A DNA stretch of 62,950 nt, filler included, from Ministeria vibrans ATCC 50519 (GCA_943704425.1; 6 parts of 6 records of this genome joined end to end with filler, not necessarily neighbours in it), one strand, 5' to 3'. Shown: positions 32,905 through 48,615, counted from the first letter of the whole stretch. A program made the numbers and translations. The notes: generated from the letters alone by a model not told the origin.

Positions 32905-34348
32905 ATGGGAGAGCGCAAAGTTCTCAACAAGTATTATCCGCCAGGTAAGGCCCTCTCGACGCGGTGCACGTCAGTGATCTTATTCATTCCTCGTTTTATT
33001 AGACTTCGATCCCAAACTTGTCCTCAAGAATGTCTGTCCTCGCGACCGTCAGTACACCGTCCGTCTAATGGCACCCTTCAACATGCGCTGTCTCACATGC
33101 GGTCGCTACATCTACAAGGTACCGAAAAAGGGCAAAAACATCGCTGCAACGTCCGCTCGGTTCCTTTCGCTGTCTCTCGCTTCCCCAGTCGTTCCGCCCC
33201 CCCCTCTCTGTCTTGCTTGCCTCACGTCCTCTTTTTTGTTGCCGTGGTGCGCAGGCGACCAAGTTCAATGCGCGCAAGGAGACGGTTCAGGGCGAAGAGT
33301 ATCTTGGCATAAAGATTTTTCGCTTCTACATTCGCTGTCCGTCCTGTTCCAGCGAAATCACCTTCAAGACAGATCCAAAGAATGCCGATTATTCAGTAGG
33401 CAGTGGAGCCACGCGGAATTTCGACCATTGGCAGTACGACCACACATTGCATTTGGACGGTCGTCTGAACGACTCTTCTGAACGACTCTTCTCTCTCTCT
33501 CTCGACCACTTTGTTTCTTTCTCCCTCCTTTTTTTTTCTCTCTCTCTATCACTTTGTTTCTTTCTTTCTTTCTCTCTCTCTCTCTCTATCACTTTGTTTC
33601 TTTCTTTCTCTCTCTCTCTCTCTATCACTTTGTTTCTTTCTCCCTCCTTTCCCTCTCTCTCTCGCTCTCTTAGTGCTAATGTGCACGCTCAAGATTTAGA
33701 GGCGCGTCGAGTGGAAGCAGAAGAGTCACAGAACCCGATGAAGGCGTTGGAGAATCGGACGATTGATTCGAAGCGAGAAATGGACATTTTAGATGCGCTG
33801 GAGGAGATTCGGGACACCAACGACCGACACGCGGGAGTCGACCCATTGGTGCTGATACAGCGGAAGCAGGAGGAGGCGGCACGGCAGCAAGCGCTTGCGG
33901 ATGCAGAGGACGAGGCACATGTGGCGCGGGTGTTTGGGCGGACGAGCGATGGAACTGTGGTGCGGCGTGTTGAGTCGGACAGCGACGGGGAGAGTGGTGG
34001 TGGTGGAGGCGGGGGGAAGGAGGACTCGACTGGCCTGGCTCGCAAGCGCACCGCCGACGTACTCGTGGCTGGTGCTGCCGATGCTGTGTCCAAGAAGAAG
34101 CCGCGTTTGTGTATGCAAGATGTGTCATAAGAGAGAGAGAGGTTTGTGGCTCATTCCGTTTTTTTGTCGTGTGTGTAGTGACAGCGAAAGGTCTTTCTGG
34201 TCTGGTCCGTGTAAAGCCCAAAACAGCGCAAACGAAGAGCACGCCAGCATCAACAGCAGAATCCACACCAACGCCAGCACCAGCGGCAGCACCAGCAGCA
34301 CTCTCTGCTCTCATGGGCGACTACGGAAGCAGCAGTGACGACGACTGA
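32905..34348 (+). CDS. YJU2: Splicing factor YJU2/CCDC94
   Basis: [84 protein letters not shown]; ends [12 protein letters not shown]. Confidence 0.96.
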
Positions 34349-34431
34349 TTGTGTATTGAAATGAAATCTTTTTAATATTCATTCGTTTATTCGCCTCTGT
34401 GTGTGTGCGTGTGTGTGTGTGCAAGAGAGTC

Positions 34432-36581
<2,150 letters not shown>

Positions 36582-37005
36582 ACATTCAGTACACTCTCTG
36601 CCTGTGTTTGTTTTCGAATCAACTCATCACACTACTGGTACAGTTGTATGCACTCATCTATCTCCCCTCATTCTCCTTCTTTTCGTTCTGCTTTTGGGCT
36701 TTGAATAATTTCTTTGACTCTTCGACTCGATCAGTCGAATAGTTTTCGCTTTTTTTTTTTTTTTTTTCGCACTCACATTCTTCTCATTTCTAACGCTCTG
36801 TTCTGAAAAGAGAACCGGTATCCACTTTAAACACCGCCACCGTTGAGCGCCTCTATAGCCCGCCACCGCACTTTTCTGGTATGACGACCCAAAACCATGC
36901 GATTCTGTCACCCACCGCGAAACTGACGTCTCCCTCGCCCTGTCGGCCTCTCTGCCGCCTCATTGGCGTCCCCCCTCCGCGCAGCCTTAACCCCCCTGCG
37001 CCGCG

Positions 37006-39087
37006 ATGACCATTGGAAAGCCTGCTTCGCGAAAGCGTGGTGCCGGTTCGACCTCGCATCAAAATCACCACCACCATCGTCCCGCGTCGCCGTCGGTCGC
37101 GGCCGCCGAAGTGCCTTCGTATGTGTCGACGCGCGCCTCGACGTGGGCGATCAAGCCGACGACGTTCAAGGAGGCCGTCCTGCAGGGTCTCGCCAACGAC
37201 GGAGGGCTCTTCGTCCCCTCGCAGATTCCACGCGTCGACCGTGCCACCTTTGCCTCGTGGAGACGTCTCTCGCTGCCCCAGCTCTGCACCGAGATCATGT
37301 CGCTCTATGTCCCCGTCGAAGACATCTCTCGCAAGCGCCTCAGCGCCCTTGTCGAGCGCAGCTTCGCGTCGTTTGCCCACGCCGACGTCGCGCCCCTTGT
37401 GCGTCTCGACGCCGACGAGAGCGCCCCGACGTCCGGCGACCAGTTTCTCCTTGAACTCTTCCACGGACCCACACACGCCTGCAAAGACGTCGCACTGCAG
37501 GTCCTCAGCAACCTTCTCGAGTACTTTGTCGACCAGGCAGAGGCAGACGCGAACAACAGCGACAGCGGCTGCAGCGACGACGACGGCGTTCGCGGCCTCA
37601 CCATCCTGGGCGCAACGAGCGGCGACACGGGCAGCGCCGCCATCCACGCTCTGCGCGGCAAACGCAACATGCGCATCATCATGCTGCACCCCAGCGGCCG
37701 CATTGCGCCCCTCCAGGAGCTCCAGATGACGAGCGTCGTCGACGACAATGTTGTCAATGTCGCTGTCGACGGGACCTTTGACGACTGTCAGCGCATGGTC
37801 AAGGAGCTCTTTGCCGACCAGACCTTCCGCGACCGCCACCGCCTGGCGGCCATCAACAGCATCAACTGGGCGCGCATTCTCGTCCAAATCTCATACTACT
37901 TTTTTGCCTACTTCCAGTGGGAACGCAAGTTTGCACACGAGTCGAGACAGTCGCAGGCACAGCAGCGTGTGCACAGCAACATGAACTCGCTGGGACGCAT
38001 GGTTGTCTTCAGCGTGCCCACAGGCAACTTTGACGATGCACTCTCCGGCTACTACGCCAAAGAGATGGGACTGCCCATCGAGCGACTGCTCATTGCGACG
38101 ACTGCCAACGACACAGTGCATCGACTGCTGTCGACGGGCCAGGCCGCCCCGCAACCCGTCGTTCCGTCGCTGGCATCCGCCATGGACATCCAAGTGCCGT
38201 CCAACCTCGAGCGGTACGTATACCATCTGTGCCAGGGCGACGAGAAGGCAACGCAGCAGTGCCTTGGCTCCCCCACAACGGGCCTCCAACTCTCCCCGCC
38301 CCGTCTTGACCGCGCCCTTCAGGACTTTTGGACGACCAGCTGCGACGACGCTGCCATTTCCGCGCAGATTCACCACACATACTCCCTTGCGCCGACCCAC
38401 CGCCTCGTGTGCCCCCACACCAGCACCGCCCTCACCGCTGCCACCCGCTTCCTCGCAATCTGCCGCCAGCGCATCTCCCGCGGCCGTCGCAAGACCCTCC
38501 CGCCTGTCATCAGCCTTGCCACCGCCCACCCTGCCAAGTTTCCGGTCGTCCTTTCCGCCGCCATCCCATCCCTGTGCCCCTCCCCTCCTTATCCCCCGAC
38601 GCCCGCTGCCCTTCTTGCTCTCTCCCAAAAGTCTATTCCCTCCCGCGCTGTCTCCCTCCCTTCTTCGGCGCACTCTCTCCGCACCCTCATCAACGACCTC
38701 TCGTCCATTGAGTCCTCTCCTCTCTTCTTCGCCAAGTACAACGCAGCCCCCAGCTCTCGTGCCGCCAAGGCCCTCGCCAAGACCCTTGCCGCGTCCCCCT
38801 TGGCCATCGCCGCCGCTGCTCAGGCCGAGGCTGCTGCCGCCGCTGCCGCCGCTGCCGCTGCCGCCGCCGCCCTCACCCCTCAACCCTCTGCCAAGGGAAA
38901 GTCCAAGCGCTCCCGCAAGGCAGCAGCTTCGACCGATGCGTCGTCGTCAGCTGACGCCTCTTCCTCGTCGTCTTCTCCCTCCCCCTCCTCTTCCTCCTCC
39001 TCCTCCTCCTCCTCGTGGCTTCTCCGTGGCTCGCTTGTCGTGGCTGCCGCCGTGGCTGTCGGCGTCTTCCTGGCTCGTCGTCGCTAA
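37006..39087 (+). CDS. Intronless threonine synthase-like PLP enzyme with a C-terminal tail anchor
   Basis: YVSTR, GLANDGGLFVP, LELFHGPTHACKDVAL (PLP Lys), ATSGDTGSAA, NSINWARI, MDIQVPSNLER, CPHT, ATAHPAKF; Ala/Ser linker, then WLLRGSLVVAAAVAVGVFLARRR*. Confidence 0.9.
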   Translation: MTIGKPASRKRGAGSTSHQNHHHHRPASPSVAAAEVPSYVSTRASTWAIKPTTFKEAVLQGLANDGGLFVPSQIPRVDRATFASWRRLSLPQLCTEIMSLYVPVEDISRKRLSALVERSFASFAHADVAPLVRLDADESAPTSGDQFLLELFHGPTHACKDVALQVLSNLLEYFVDQAEADANNSDSGCSDDDGVRGLTILGATSGDTGSAAIHALRGKRNMRIIMLHPSGRIAPLQELQMTSVVDDNVVNVAVDGTFDDCQRMVKELFADQTFRDRHRLAAINSINWARILVQISYYFFAYFQWERKFAHESRQSQAQQRVHSNMNSLGRMVVFSVPTGNFDDALSGYYAKEMGLPIERLLIATTANDTVHRLLSTGQAAPQPVVPSLASAMDIQVPSNLERYVYHLCQGDEKATQQCLGSPTTGLQLSPPRLDRALQDFWTTSCDDAAISAQIHHTYSLAPTHRLVCPHTSTALTAATRFLAICRQRISRGRRKTLPPVISLATAHPAKFPVVLSAAIPSLCPSPPYPPTPAALLALSQKSIPSRAVSLPSSAHSLRTLINDLSSIESSPLFFAKYNAAPSSRAAKALAKTLAASPLAIAAAAQAEAAAAAAAAAAAAAALTPQPSAKGKSKRSRKAAASTDASSSADASSSSSSPSPSSSSSSSSSSWLLRGSLVVAAAVAVGVFLARRR

Positions 39088-39322
39088 TGCGTTGTGTGCC
39101 TCATGTGTGCGCTTGTCCGAATGTGTGTGTGTTTGAATACAAGTTTGTCAAAATCCAATAATACTACCAATTCATCCTTGTTGCTTCTTCCGTAGCTTCG
39201 AAAGTGGTTCTGAGCTGTTTGTGTTGTCGCTTTTGTTTGTGATTGCATTTTATGAAGTTCTTAACTTATTAAGTTTTAGTATTAGACTAATAGACTTTAG
39301 TCTTGTTTGTTCTTATTGCACC

Positions 39323-40176
39323 ATGACCACCCTTATCATTTCTCCCGACTATGCATATGTCATGGGCGCTGCCATCTCAAGCATTTTTGTGATTGCTTGG
39401 AAGGTAAAAAAAAGAAACGTTTTTTTTTTGTCTTTTTCACTCACTCACTGAGTCACTCACGCACTCCCTCTGGCGTAGGGTATCCGCGTTGGCAAGGCGC
39501 GCAAGAAGTACGATGTGAAGTACCCTGACATGTACTCAGACAAGCACGTACGTGGAGCGAAGCAAAGCGCCGCTTTGTCCTTTGATTTGACTCTCCTCTC
39601 CTCTCCTCTCCTCTCGTCTCCTCTCCTCTTCTTCAGCCCATCTTCAACTGCGTCCAGCGTGCTCACCAGAACACCCTGGAAAACTACCCCCAATTCCTGA
39701 TCTGTCTCTTTCTCGGCGGTCTCTACTACCCGGTAAGGAAGAGTGAATGTTACATTGCCTTTGTGACACGTAGCAGAGAAGAATTGCGAATCACACTCAT
39801 TATGCCATGTCCTACACCCTAACCCTCACTGTTAATGTTGATTGTATCTGTGAATCACACACTCATTATGTCTCACTCCTTCGCTGTTGATATTGATTAC
39901 ATCTGTAAATCACACTCATTGTGACTGTTATGTCTTACTCCCTCACTGTGAATGCGCATTTGTCTAATCAACCCTTCACCTCATCCCTTCTATCTGCAGC
40001 GTGTCACAGGCGCCGCTGGTTTCCTCTGGGTCATCTCGCGCATTTTCTACGCTCTCGGCTACTCTACAGGCGACCCCAAGAAGCGCATGCAGGGCAGCTT
40101 TGGCTACCTTGGTATCCTAGTCCTTCTTGGTACTGCAATCGGCTCAACCTTGCACGTTGCTGGTGTTCTCCACTAA
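39323..40176 (+). CDS. MGST3: Microsomal glutathione S-transferase 3 (MAPEG)
   Basis: VGKARKKYDVKYPDMY, FNCVQRAHQNTLENYP, RIFYALGYSTGDPKKR. Confidence 0.95.
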
Positions 40177-40263
40177 TTCATTAAAATATGAAGTGAAGCG
40201 TAACTCTTATCCCATTAGAAGACAGTTTATTTTTAAAAATTTCAATAAATACAATCATTATAC

Positions 40264-43200
40264 TCACTTTTGGTGCTTGGCAAACGAAACAAAAACCTGC
40301 TCAAGCGACGTCTGATTGACGGAATAGTCTGCAACAAGACCCGACGCACGCGCTCGCTCCATAGTGTCAAAGATCACAGCAAGCGTCGACTCGCGCACTC
40401 GGTAGCACAGTGAGCCCCGATGTTCCTCCTTGAGCTCACACTCGTGGAAGTGCTCTCGCACAAACCCTTTCACTTCACTCATGCGCTGTACCCATCCACT
40501 CTCTTCGTCGTCAGTGCCGTCGCGCGTACGACTGTCGCTCCGCTGCAAGTTCCCCTCGTTCACCTCAATCGCAAGAGTGTATCCACTGCCAAAGCGCGTC
40601 TTCAAGTGCTGCGGCGACCCAATGCACTGCAGTCGTCCGTTCACCATCACACTCACACGCTCACACAGTTGCTCACACTCCGCCATCGAATGACTCGTGT
40701 ACACAATGGACCGACCGCTCTGCGCCAATTCACGCACAAGATCACTCAAAAAGCGCCGTGCTCCCGGATCCATTCCTGACGTGGGCTCGTCCAGAAACAC
40801 CACCGAAGGATTGCCCACAAGCGCAATGGCCGTGCTCAACTTGCGCTTGTTCCCTCCACTGTACATGTATACCGGCTTGTCTGCGTGCGCCATCAGCTGC
40901 AGCCGGCGCAACAGCACCTCCACCACACGCGGTACACGTGCCTCGGGTGTGCCACGCAGTCGCGCATACAGCTGCAGTGTCTCCCGACCCGACAGCAGCT
41001 CATTCAGCGCGTCAAATTGTGGACAGTACCCAATGTTGTCCTGCACCCGTCGCATCTTCGTCAAAATACTGTACTCTCCCACCTTGGCATTGCCTCGTGT
41101 CACATCCAAATCCCCAGTCAGCATCTTAAACGTCGAAGTCTACACAATAAAACAAAAACATTCAGTTTCTTCGTTCTTCTCCATGTATTTGTTTCACCTT
41201 TCCCGCCCCATTGACGCCCAACAGTCCAAACACTTCGCCACTGTGCACGCCAAACGTAAGCCCATCCACCGCCAAAAACGGCTTCCCCCATCGCCCCACA
41301 TACACCTTTGTAAGGTTCTTGACGCGCAGTCGATCACCACTCTCCAGCGCACCCAGTCCATAGATACGCTGCCGTTCGGCAACCACATCCTCATCTTCAT
41401 CCTCGTCATTGCGCCGCCCGTCCACCGTGCCCATCACCAGTGCCATCGCTGCCTCGTCCGCATTGCGTTGTTGGTGTGTCAACCCGTCTCGTTCACTCTG
41501 CCCCAGTCCATCCTCCTCCTCCTCCTCTTCACTCTCATCATCATCTGCCATCAGACGTGCGCCGTCATCAGTAGTAGTATTCATATTCACATTATCACAA
41601 TCTTGGCCTTGACCTTCGCCCTCTACGACACGAAACTCGCTAAACCACTGCGGTCGCAACGAGTGCAGCCACGACATGAGGCCCGGAAAGGCACGCAAAC
41701 AGTCCTTCTTCATCCGCAACTTGGCCACTCGCCACCAATCCTGTCGCAAAAAGAATCGTCGCTCCAGCAGCAGCACAAACACAAAAAAGACAACGGACTC
41801 AATGGCCATGAACACAAGGTTGCGTCCAAGCATCTCCCATGCCAACGGATCAGGCACAGACGAATAGCCAAGCGTCACTTGCAAATCGGTCGCACTGTCG
41901 CCCGTGTCCGACGCAAGGTAGGTGCGGAGAAACTGGATAAACGCCAGGTCCATCAGACCACGTCCCAGGCAGTAGTTGGGAAAGAGCAAGAAGACATACT
42001 TGAGAATGTGGTTAGTGTGTGCCAGGTGCGGGTCGTCGCGAAATAGCTCAAGAATGAAGGTCGCCACACTCGTGGTGGTTCCCGTGAACACATTCAGGCA
42101 AATGAGCAGCACATACGCACTGCTAGGCACCGCAAAGAGAAACGACAGCATGTACATCAGCGGCGTCATCGACAGACCGTACAGCAGAAAGAGTAGCACT
42201 ACAGCCCCAAAGTTGGCTCCCGTGTACGCTGGCAGCTGAAACGCCAGGAAAATAAGAAAGCAGATACTCGAGGGTACCAAGAACGACAGCAAGTCGTACG
42301 CCAGCGTCGACAGCCAATATGACGTGCCACCCACACCCGAGACAAACTGCAAATGCTTGGCGCGACTCGTGCGCTCTTGCACCAAAAACAACGCATATGA
42401 CGCAGGCACAAATGCCATGGCAATGATCACCATCAGCGCCACCACCAGATCTGTGCCGTCCGCCTGCACCGACGAGCCCTTGTCCGACAGGGTTTGTGGA
42501 AACGGCTGAATCGACAGCACAAACCGTCGCGTCGGCTCGTCGACGCGCACTCCTTCAGTGTAACGCAGAATTGCACTTTCCAGCAAAGACAAGTACACAT
42601 TGAGCGAGTACTTGTTCTGTTCGCGATGCCACACCGTCACGTTGGGTAGCAGATAGTGCGACAGATTGTAGGCTGCATTGGCGACCACACTCCCGGTGTT
42701 GTCGACTCGCGTGTCAAATGTGAAGCCACCCTGAACACGACGAGGAAAGCGCGCATAGTTGGCCGGCTCCAGTGTATACCGGCTCATGTCCTGCGGCGTA
42801 ATATCCGTGAAGAAGTCGTTGGGTCCCAACAACGTCTGCAGGTGCGCGTACAACTCGTTGACGACGGGGGTGCGTTCGCCGTAGAATGCCACCAAAATCT
42901 CGTTGGGTGTCTCAAAATAGTCGGTCGTCAGCTTCACCATGGGATAGTCGCCGGCAGTACTCGGGTACACACTTGCAACAATCATGGCAAGAAACACAAA
43001 GCACGCGGGCAGCACCAGCTGAGAGACTACCGCCTTCTTGTCACGCTTCGAGTGATGAAGTCGTTTCATGAGCAACGCACGCACTCGCTGTAACGTCAGC
43101 CACACACCCCGCGAGCGATCCTGCTCAATGTCCAACACCACATCAAGAGATTCCTCCGCCACATCGTTTTCATCAGCGCGCGTCGCGGTCCCGCTCACCA

Positions 43201-46200
43201 CCACAGCATCATGCTCATGACTGTATCCCGTTTCCTCGTGCCCCTCAGCCTGCTCGTTGTCTTGAGGCGTCTCTCCAAGTGCACTCATCTCCATGGTATC
43301 TTCCTCGCCAACGTGCACAAATGCACGACGGTTGGGCCGTGCACGCGAGGGTCCACTGCCAAAAAACAGCTCTTTCGTTTTGGACACAAGTCGACGTGGT
43401 GAACAGAGCGTACTCGTAGTGGTAGCACTCACGCCGTCATCGTTACCCATGTCATCCGACTGCTTGCCTACCAGTCGATCTGCCTGGTCTGTTACCGCAA
43501 AGAACACCTCCTCAACAGTGGCACAGTCCACGCCGCAGCTTGCCACACGCGGCTCGTCCGCCAGCGCCCGAAACAGAGCCGGGAATGCTCCAGTGCGCGC
43601 ATAAGGAAGCAGAAGCGACAAGTTACTGCTCGTGCCTCGTGTGGCCACTTCGGCATCGGGAACGTACTGCCGCACCAGTCCAATTGCCGCTTCCCGTGCA
43701 CTCGACCCATCAGCATTGTCGTCGCTTCGTTCGTTCTCGCTCCCTTCCACCACCAGCGACATATTGAGATGGTAGCCACGGCCAAAGCGGTCCTTGACAA
43801 ACATCTTCGAGCCGGCACAGCAGAGACGACCCTCGGCCAGAATTAACACTCGATCCGCTAACACATCCACCTCGTCCATGTGGTGTGTCGACAACATCAC
43901 TGTGCGTTCATCACCCTTAAAGTGCAAAATCAAGTCCCAAATCTGTCGTCGCGCATACGGATCCACACCTGCCGTCGGCTCGTCCAAAATTACAACTTTC
44001 GATCCGCCAATCAGTGCCATGGCAATCGATAGTTTGCGCTTCATGCCGCCCGACAGTGTTTGCGTCTGTGCATGGCGCTACGCGACGCAGAAAAAAAAAA
44101 AAAAAAGTAGGGAATGGAAGAAGAGAGAGCGATAAAAAAGAATGAGACTGTGCGTCCTGGTTGCACTGATATCAAATATTTACCTTGTCCAGAAGAGCAA
44201 CATCAACAAGCATCGCCTCCACGCATGCCTGGATTTCACTCTTGGGAACACCTTTCAGAGTACAGTAGAACTAAACAATAATTACAAATATATTAAAATG
44301 ATTCGCCTTGACCCGCCGTGCGTACTTTCATGTGTTCTTCCACTGTCAACAAGTCCCACAGAATGTTGTGTTGTGGGCAAATACCGAGCGACGAACGCAC
44401 CGCATCCATGTGTGTGCGGATGTCACAGTTGTTCACCAGTGCTGTGCCCGTGGTCGGTGGAAAAAGTCCCGTCAACATTGAAATGGTTGTTGTCTATCAT
44501 TGAGTCATTGAGGTTATGCCAAAAAAAAAAAAAAAAAGGTCAGCATGAAAAGAATGACAAATATTATTATTATTATTATTATTATTAAAATAATTAGTAG
44601 TTTCATTTACCTTTCCGGCACTATTGTGACCCAACAACGCTGTAATGTGACCTGGATAGGCATTGGCAACAAGACCATGAACGGCCGTTTTACCGTTGTC
44701 ATACACTTTGCGTACTCCGCGAATGGCAATGCCCGGCTGCACGTGACGAGCGCTGTAGGTATCCTCAGACTCGAAACAGGAGTCGGGCATCAGGGTCACC
44801 TGCTGACAGTTGTCAACAGCATTGTCGCTGTTGTTCGCACCGCTGTTCTTTCCACGGCGCCAATAGGTGCGTGTAAAGGGAAAGTTCCAGGGACGTGGAA
44901 TGCCAAACCGGCCGGGGAACACCGCCTCAATGTACCAGGCAAGCGCAAAGTAAAGGACGGCGTCGAAGAGGAGCATGACCATCACGCTGAATACACTCAT
45001 GTCGTCGTACACACCCCGATCGCCAATGTTGCTCCACTTGGCACCGCCCATGCCAACCTCTTGCGTGGTCAATTGGTGGGCGCCAAAGCCCAGTGCAGTA
45101 CACGGCATGAGACACGACACGGCCTTTTGTGTGTGCGTTAGGAGGTCAGTGAAGCGCCACAAAAAAATGTACGGCAAGTAGGTTGCAAAGAACATGAGAC
45201 CGGCGCAGGCGGCTGCGAGTTTGGCGCTCGAGAAGAACACCGACAGGAAGAAGCAAAATGAAATGCTGGCACACGAGAAACACAATAGTAGCACATAGAT
45301 AACGGTGGGATCCGATGTCTTTAGCATTCCACCGGCACGCACAAGAATCGTAATAAGCAGACTAGACACGCCCATGATAATCAGCGTTGTCAAGTACCAA
45401 CTCAGCCAGTGTGCCCCCGAGCGCAGACCCATCATACGCATGGCTTCCTTCAATCGGGTCTCCTACGATGGCAAGAGGGGGATTTGTGAGAGCGTGAAGA
45501 AAAAAGTGAGGTACAGCTCTGTGCGTACATATAACATAATAATAAAATATAATAATTATAAACTAATCATCGTTATTATATATATATGTGCGTGTGTGTG
45601 TGCGTAAGGCCGTGTAAAAGAAAACAATAATATAAATTATTATGGAACCTTTTCGTAGACAATGTTCTTTGTGGTCAAAGAGACTGTGTAAATCCAACTG
45701 CAGCAGAAAGTCAGTGTTCACGGTAGGTCAAAAAAGACATAACGCAGGTACACTCAAAAGACGCTCACCTGAGAACCATAATGAGAGGAAACACACCAGC
45801 AATGGCAATGGCAAAGGTGTCAGTGGAAGACGGTGGATAGGAGAAGTGCTGAGTGGCAATGCGGATTCCGCGTGTTGCGTTCGCGTTGGGCTGCCACCAC
45901 TTGACGCCGGTGAGCGCAAAGATAGACGATGCAGTGCACTTGTCCTGGTAGTACTGGATAAACCAGTTGGTCTCTTTGTATGGCTGCGTGCGCTGTGGGT
46001 GTAAAATGCGGCGGGTGTTGCCAATGCTATTGCGGTCTGCCATCATGGTGTACTCAATGGGCCCGGTGCGAGGCAGATCACGACAGTCCTCACCCGAATG
46101 GGGCGGGTTGCATGGTACAGTGTTGGTAAAGGAGACGCTTGATTGGATGCATGGGCGGTCAACGGTGCACGGAGCATCGCTGGGGAGGCCCGAGCGAGCG

Positions 46201-47268
46201 ACGCGTTTGTCGTGGACGTAGGCTCGCAATGCGGCATCGTTGGGGAAGCCGATAAGCTCTTTTTCGAAGCTCAAATTGGACTCGGTCGTGTAGTACCAGT
46301 TGTAGAGCCACTTGGGAAGGTACATGAACGCTGAAACGCTTGCCATACCAGAGGGAAAAAGGGAAAGTGCACCTGAAGAGGTGACGTTTGATGTGGTTGC
46401 CACACCGTCCGTCCACCAGTTGTCGACATTCATGGTACGTGAGTAGTTGTACGTCAGCGTGGTAATATTGTCACGAGGTGCATATGTCATGGGCGGCATA
46501 CTGTCTGGCAGCTGTGCCCAATCGGGCATACCCCACGGTGCAATGAGTCGCGGTTGCGCTCGCACATCAACAGTCGGCTGTGAGGCCCAACACTGAAAGA
46601 GAGTATAAAATGAGTCTTAAAGACAGTCTCGAAAAGCAGAGCAAGCAATGTGCCGACTATGTCGGGATCTGAGGATGTTCCTTTGTGCGTTGGACACACC
46701 TGTTCGGCCGTCGTGGTGCAGTAATCGGAATTGGCAGATTGAATGTTACTTGCGATATCCTGCTTGGCCCCAAAGTTGCTCATGCCAAGGTACATACGTT
46801 CGGGACTCGCCATGCATTCTTCTTCAAACCTACCCGCGCTGTAGACGCACCGCGGAGTGAACCTGGAGGCGTAAAAAAAAAAAAAAAACACACAGTGAGA
46901 GAAANNNNNNNNNNGGCCGCGGGAGTCGGCACTAACGTACAGCGACTCAACACCAACTTTTGTGTGTGACACAGGCGACAGACAGTGAGAGAAACAACGC
47001 AAGAAAGAGACGAAACAGCGCGTCGCACCACGATGCAGGCGTGAAGGCGCTGTTCAAGTCTGAGCCGGTTCCCGCACTTTGATCGACCTCCTGGAAAGAG
47101 AGAGAGAGTAAGAGAAAGAGAGATGTGTGTGTTTCGTTGTACTTTGTTCACGATCACGATGACAATGAAGAGAACGAGCGGAAGGAGCAGCTCGAGGGCC
47201 GTCGCCAGCGGTCGTGCACGACGCAGTCGATAGTTCTTCCACAGAAGCAGACGAACAGCGCTTGTCAT
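40264..47268 (-). CDS. Full-size ABCA-subfamily lipid transporter, multi-exon (N10 gap at 46905-46914)
   Basis: [19 protein letters not shown]; NBD1 [28 protein letters not shown]; [14 protein letters not shown]; NBD2 [29 protein letters not shown]; SLEQVFV. Confidence 0.96.
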
Positions 47269-47393
47269 AGCGAAAAGAGAATGAAAAACTGAAAAATTAA
47301 TATGAATAAATGAAAAATCAAAAATAATATTCATTCGTCTTTTCACTTTTTGTCTTTTGATTATAAAAATATTTTTTGTTTGTTCTTTGTGCG

Positions 47394-48583
47394 ATGGACG
47401 ACCCATTCTTTGTGTCGGCTTCGGCGCATGCGGCGGCGGGCGCTCGACGATCGAAGAAGAGAACGCGCAAGGACGCATCAAAGTCATTCGCGGGCACTCC
47501 ACGCCAGGCCAAGGCAGCGGCGGAGCTGAACCCGCGAGGGACGGCGGCTGTGGCTGCTGCGGCCGCGAAGAAAGACCGGAAGAGAAAGAGAGAGCAGGAT
47601 TTGGTCGACGAGGCAAAGATCAGGTAAAAGTGTCTCGTGTGGCCCCTTCCCACCCTCTCCCCAGCCCCTCTTCGGCGTTCCTTGCGGCGCGCTTCTGCTC
47701 CACGCCGCCCCTGAACGACGCCTGCTTGTCTCCTTGCGCACCCCGTTGCGTCTTGATGTGTGCGCAAGCGACTCTTCACTTTGATCGTTTTTCTGTTTTC
47801 CCTTCAAACGGTTCTCTTCGCTCCTCTCTTCATGCACCGCCCCCCTCCTTTCCAAAACAACGTACAGCACCCCGTGTGTAGCCATCAAGTGATGCTACAA
47901 GGAGGCGCTGCCACACGCACTGCTAATGATTGATTTCGACCCTTTTTCCTCTGCAGCGACGACGACATTGGCTTCACACGCGACGACGAGGCGGAGGGCG
48001 CCGGCGACGACGATGACGACGGCGATTTTGACCAGGAAACGCCGGCGGAGAAGCGACACCGTCTTGCCAAGCACTACTTGTCGCAGTTGGATGCCAATGT
48101 GTCGGACGAGGGCGAAGACGACAACGAGAACGACCGACGCCGCTTCGATGCCATTGTGTCCCAGTTGGATCGTGATGTGCAGGAGAAGCGCGGTCGTCTC
48201 AAGAAAACAGTAGCAAGTGAGTACCAGCATGCGGGTGTCGTTGACCCGAGTGCTATTGTGCGTCTCAAGGGCCACCGACTGTCGGTGACGTGTCTCACTC
48301 TGGCTCAGGACGACCGTACACTCTTCTCGGGCAGCAAGGACGGCATGATCATCCGCTGGGACATTGTTGAGCGAAAACAGACTGGCAGCATTGCAACGGC
48401 AAGCAGCAAGGCACGCAAGAAGGCCAAGCTTAAGGAGCGCACCCCAAAAGCACACACGGGACCCATTGCGTCGCTCGCGGTGTCTTCGGACGGTCAGTTT
48501 CTCGCCTCGGCTGCAAACGATAAGCATGTCATGCTCTGGGATGCACACTCCTTGAGACTTATCAAAGCCTTTGCAGGGCATAG
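47394..48583 (+). CDS. RRP9: U3 snoRNP WD40 protein RRP9/U3-55K, 3' truncated by the gap
   Basis: MDDPFF, ETPAEKRHRLAKHYL, LKGHRLSVTCL, SGSKDG.IIRWD, LAVSSDGQFLASA, AFAGHR. Confidence 0.9.
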
Positions 48584-48615
48584 GTAGGTGTCTGTGTGTA
48601 TGTGTGTGTGTGTGT

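Noticed and set aside
44612-44640. ABCA NBD1 Walker A GHNSAGK as an inactivating change
   Set aside because: Still fits GxxxxGK(T/S); signature and Walker B are intact.
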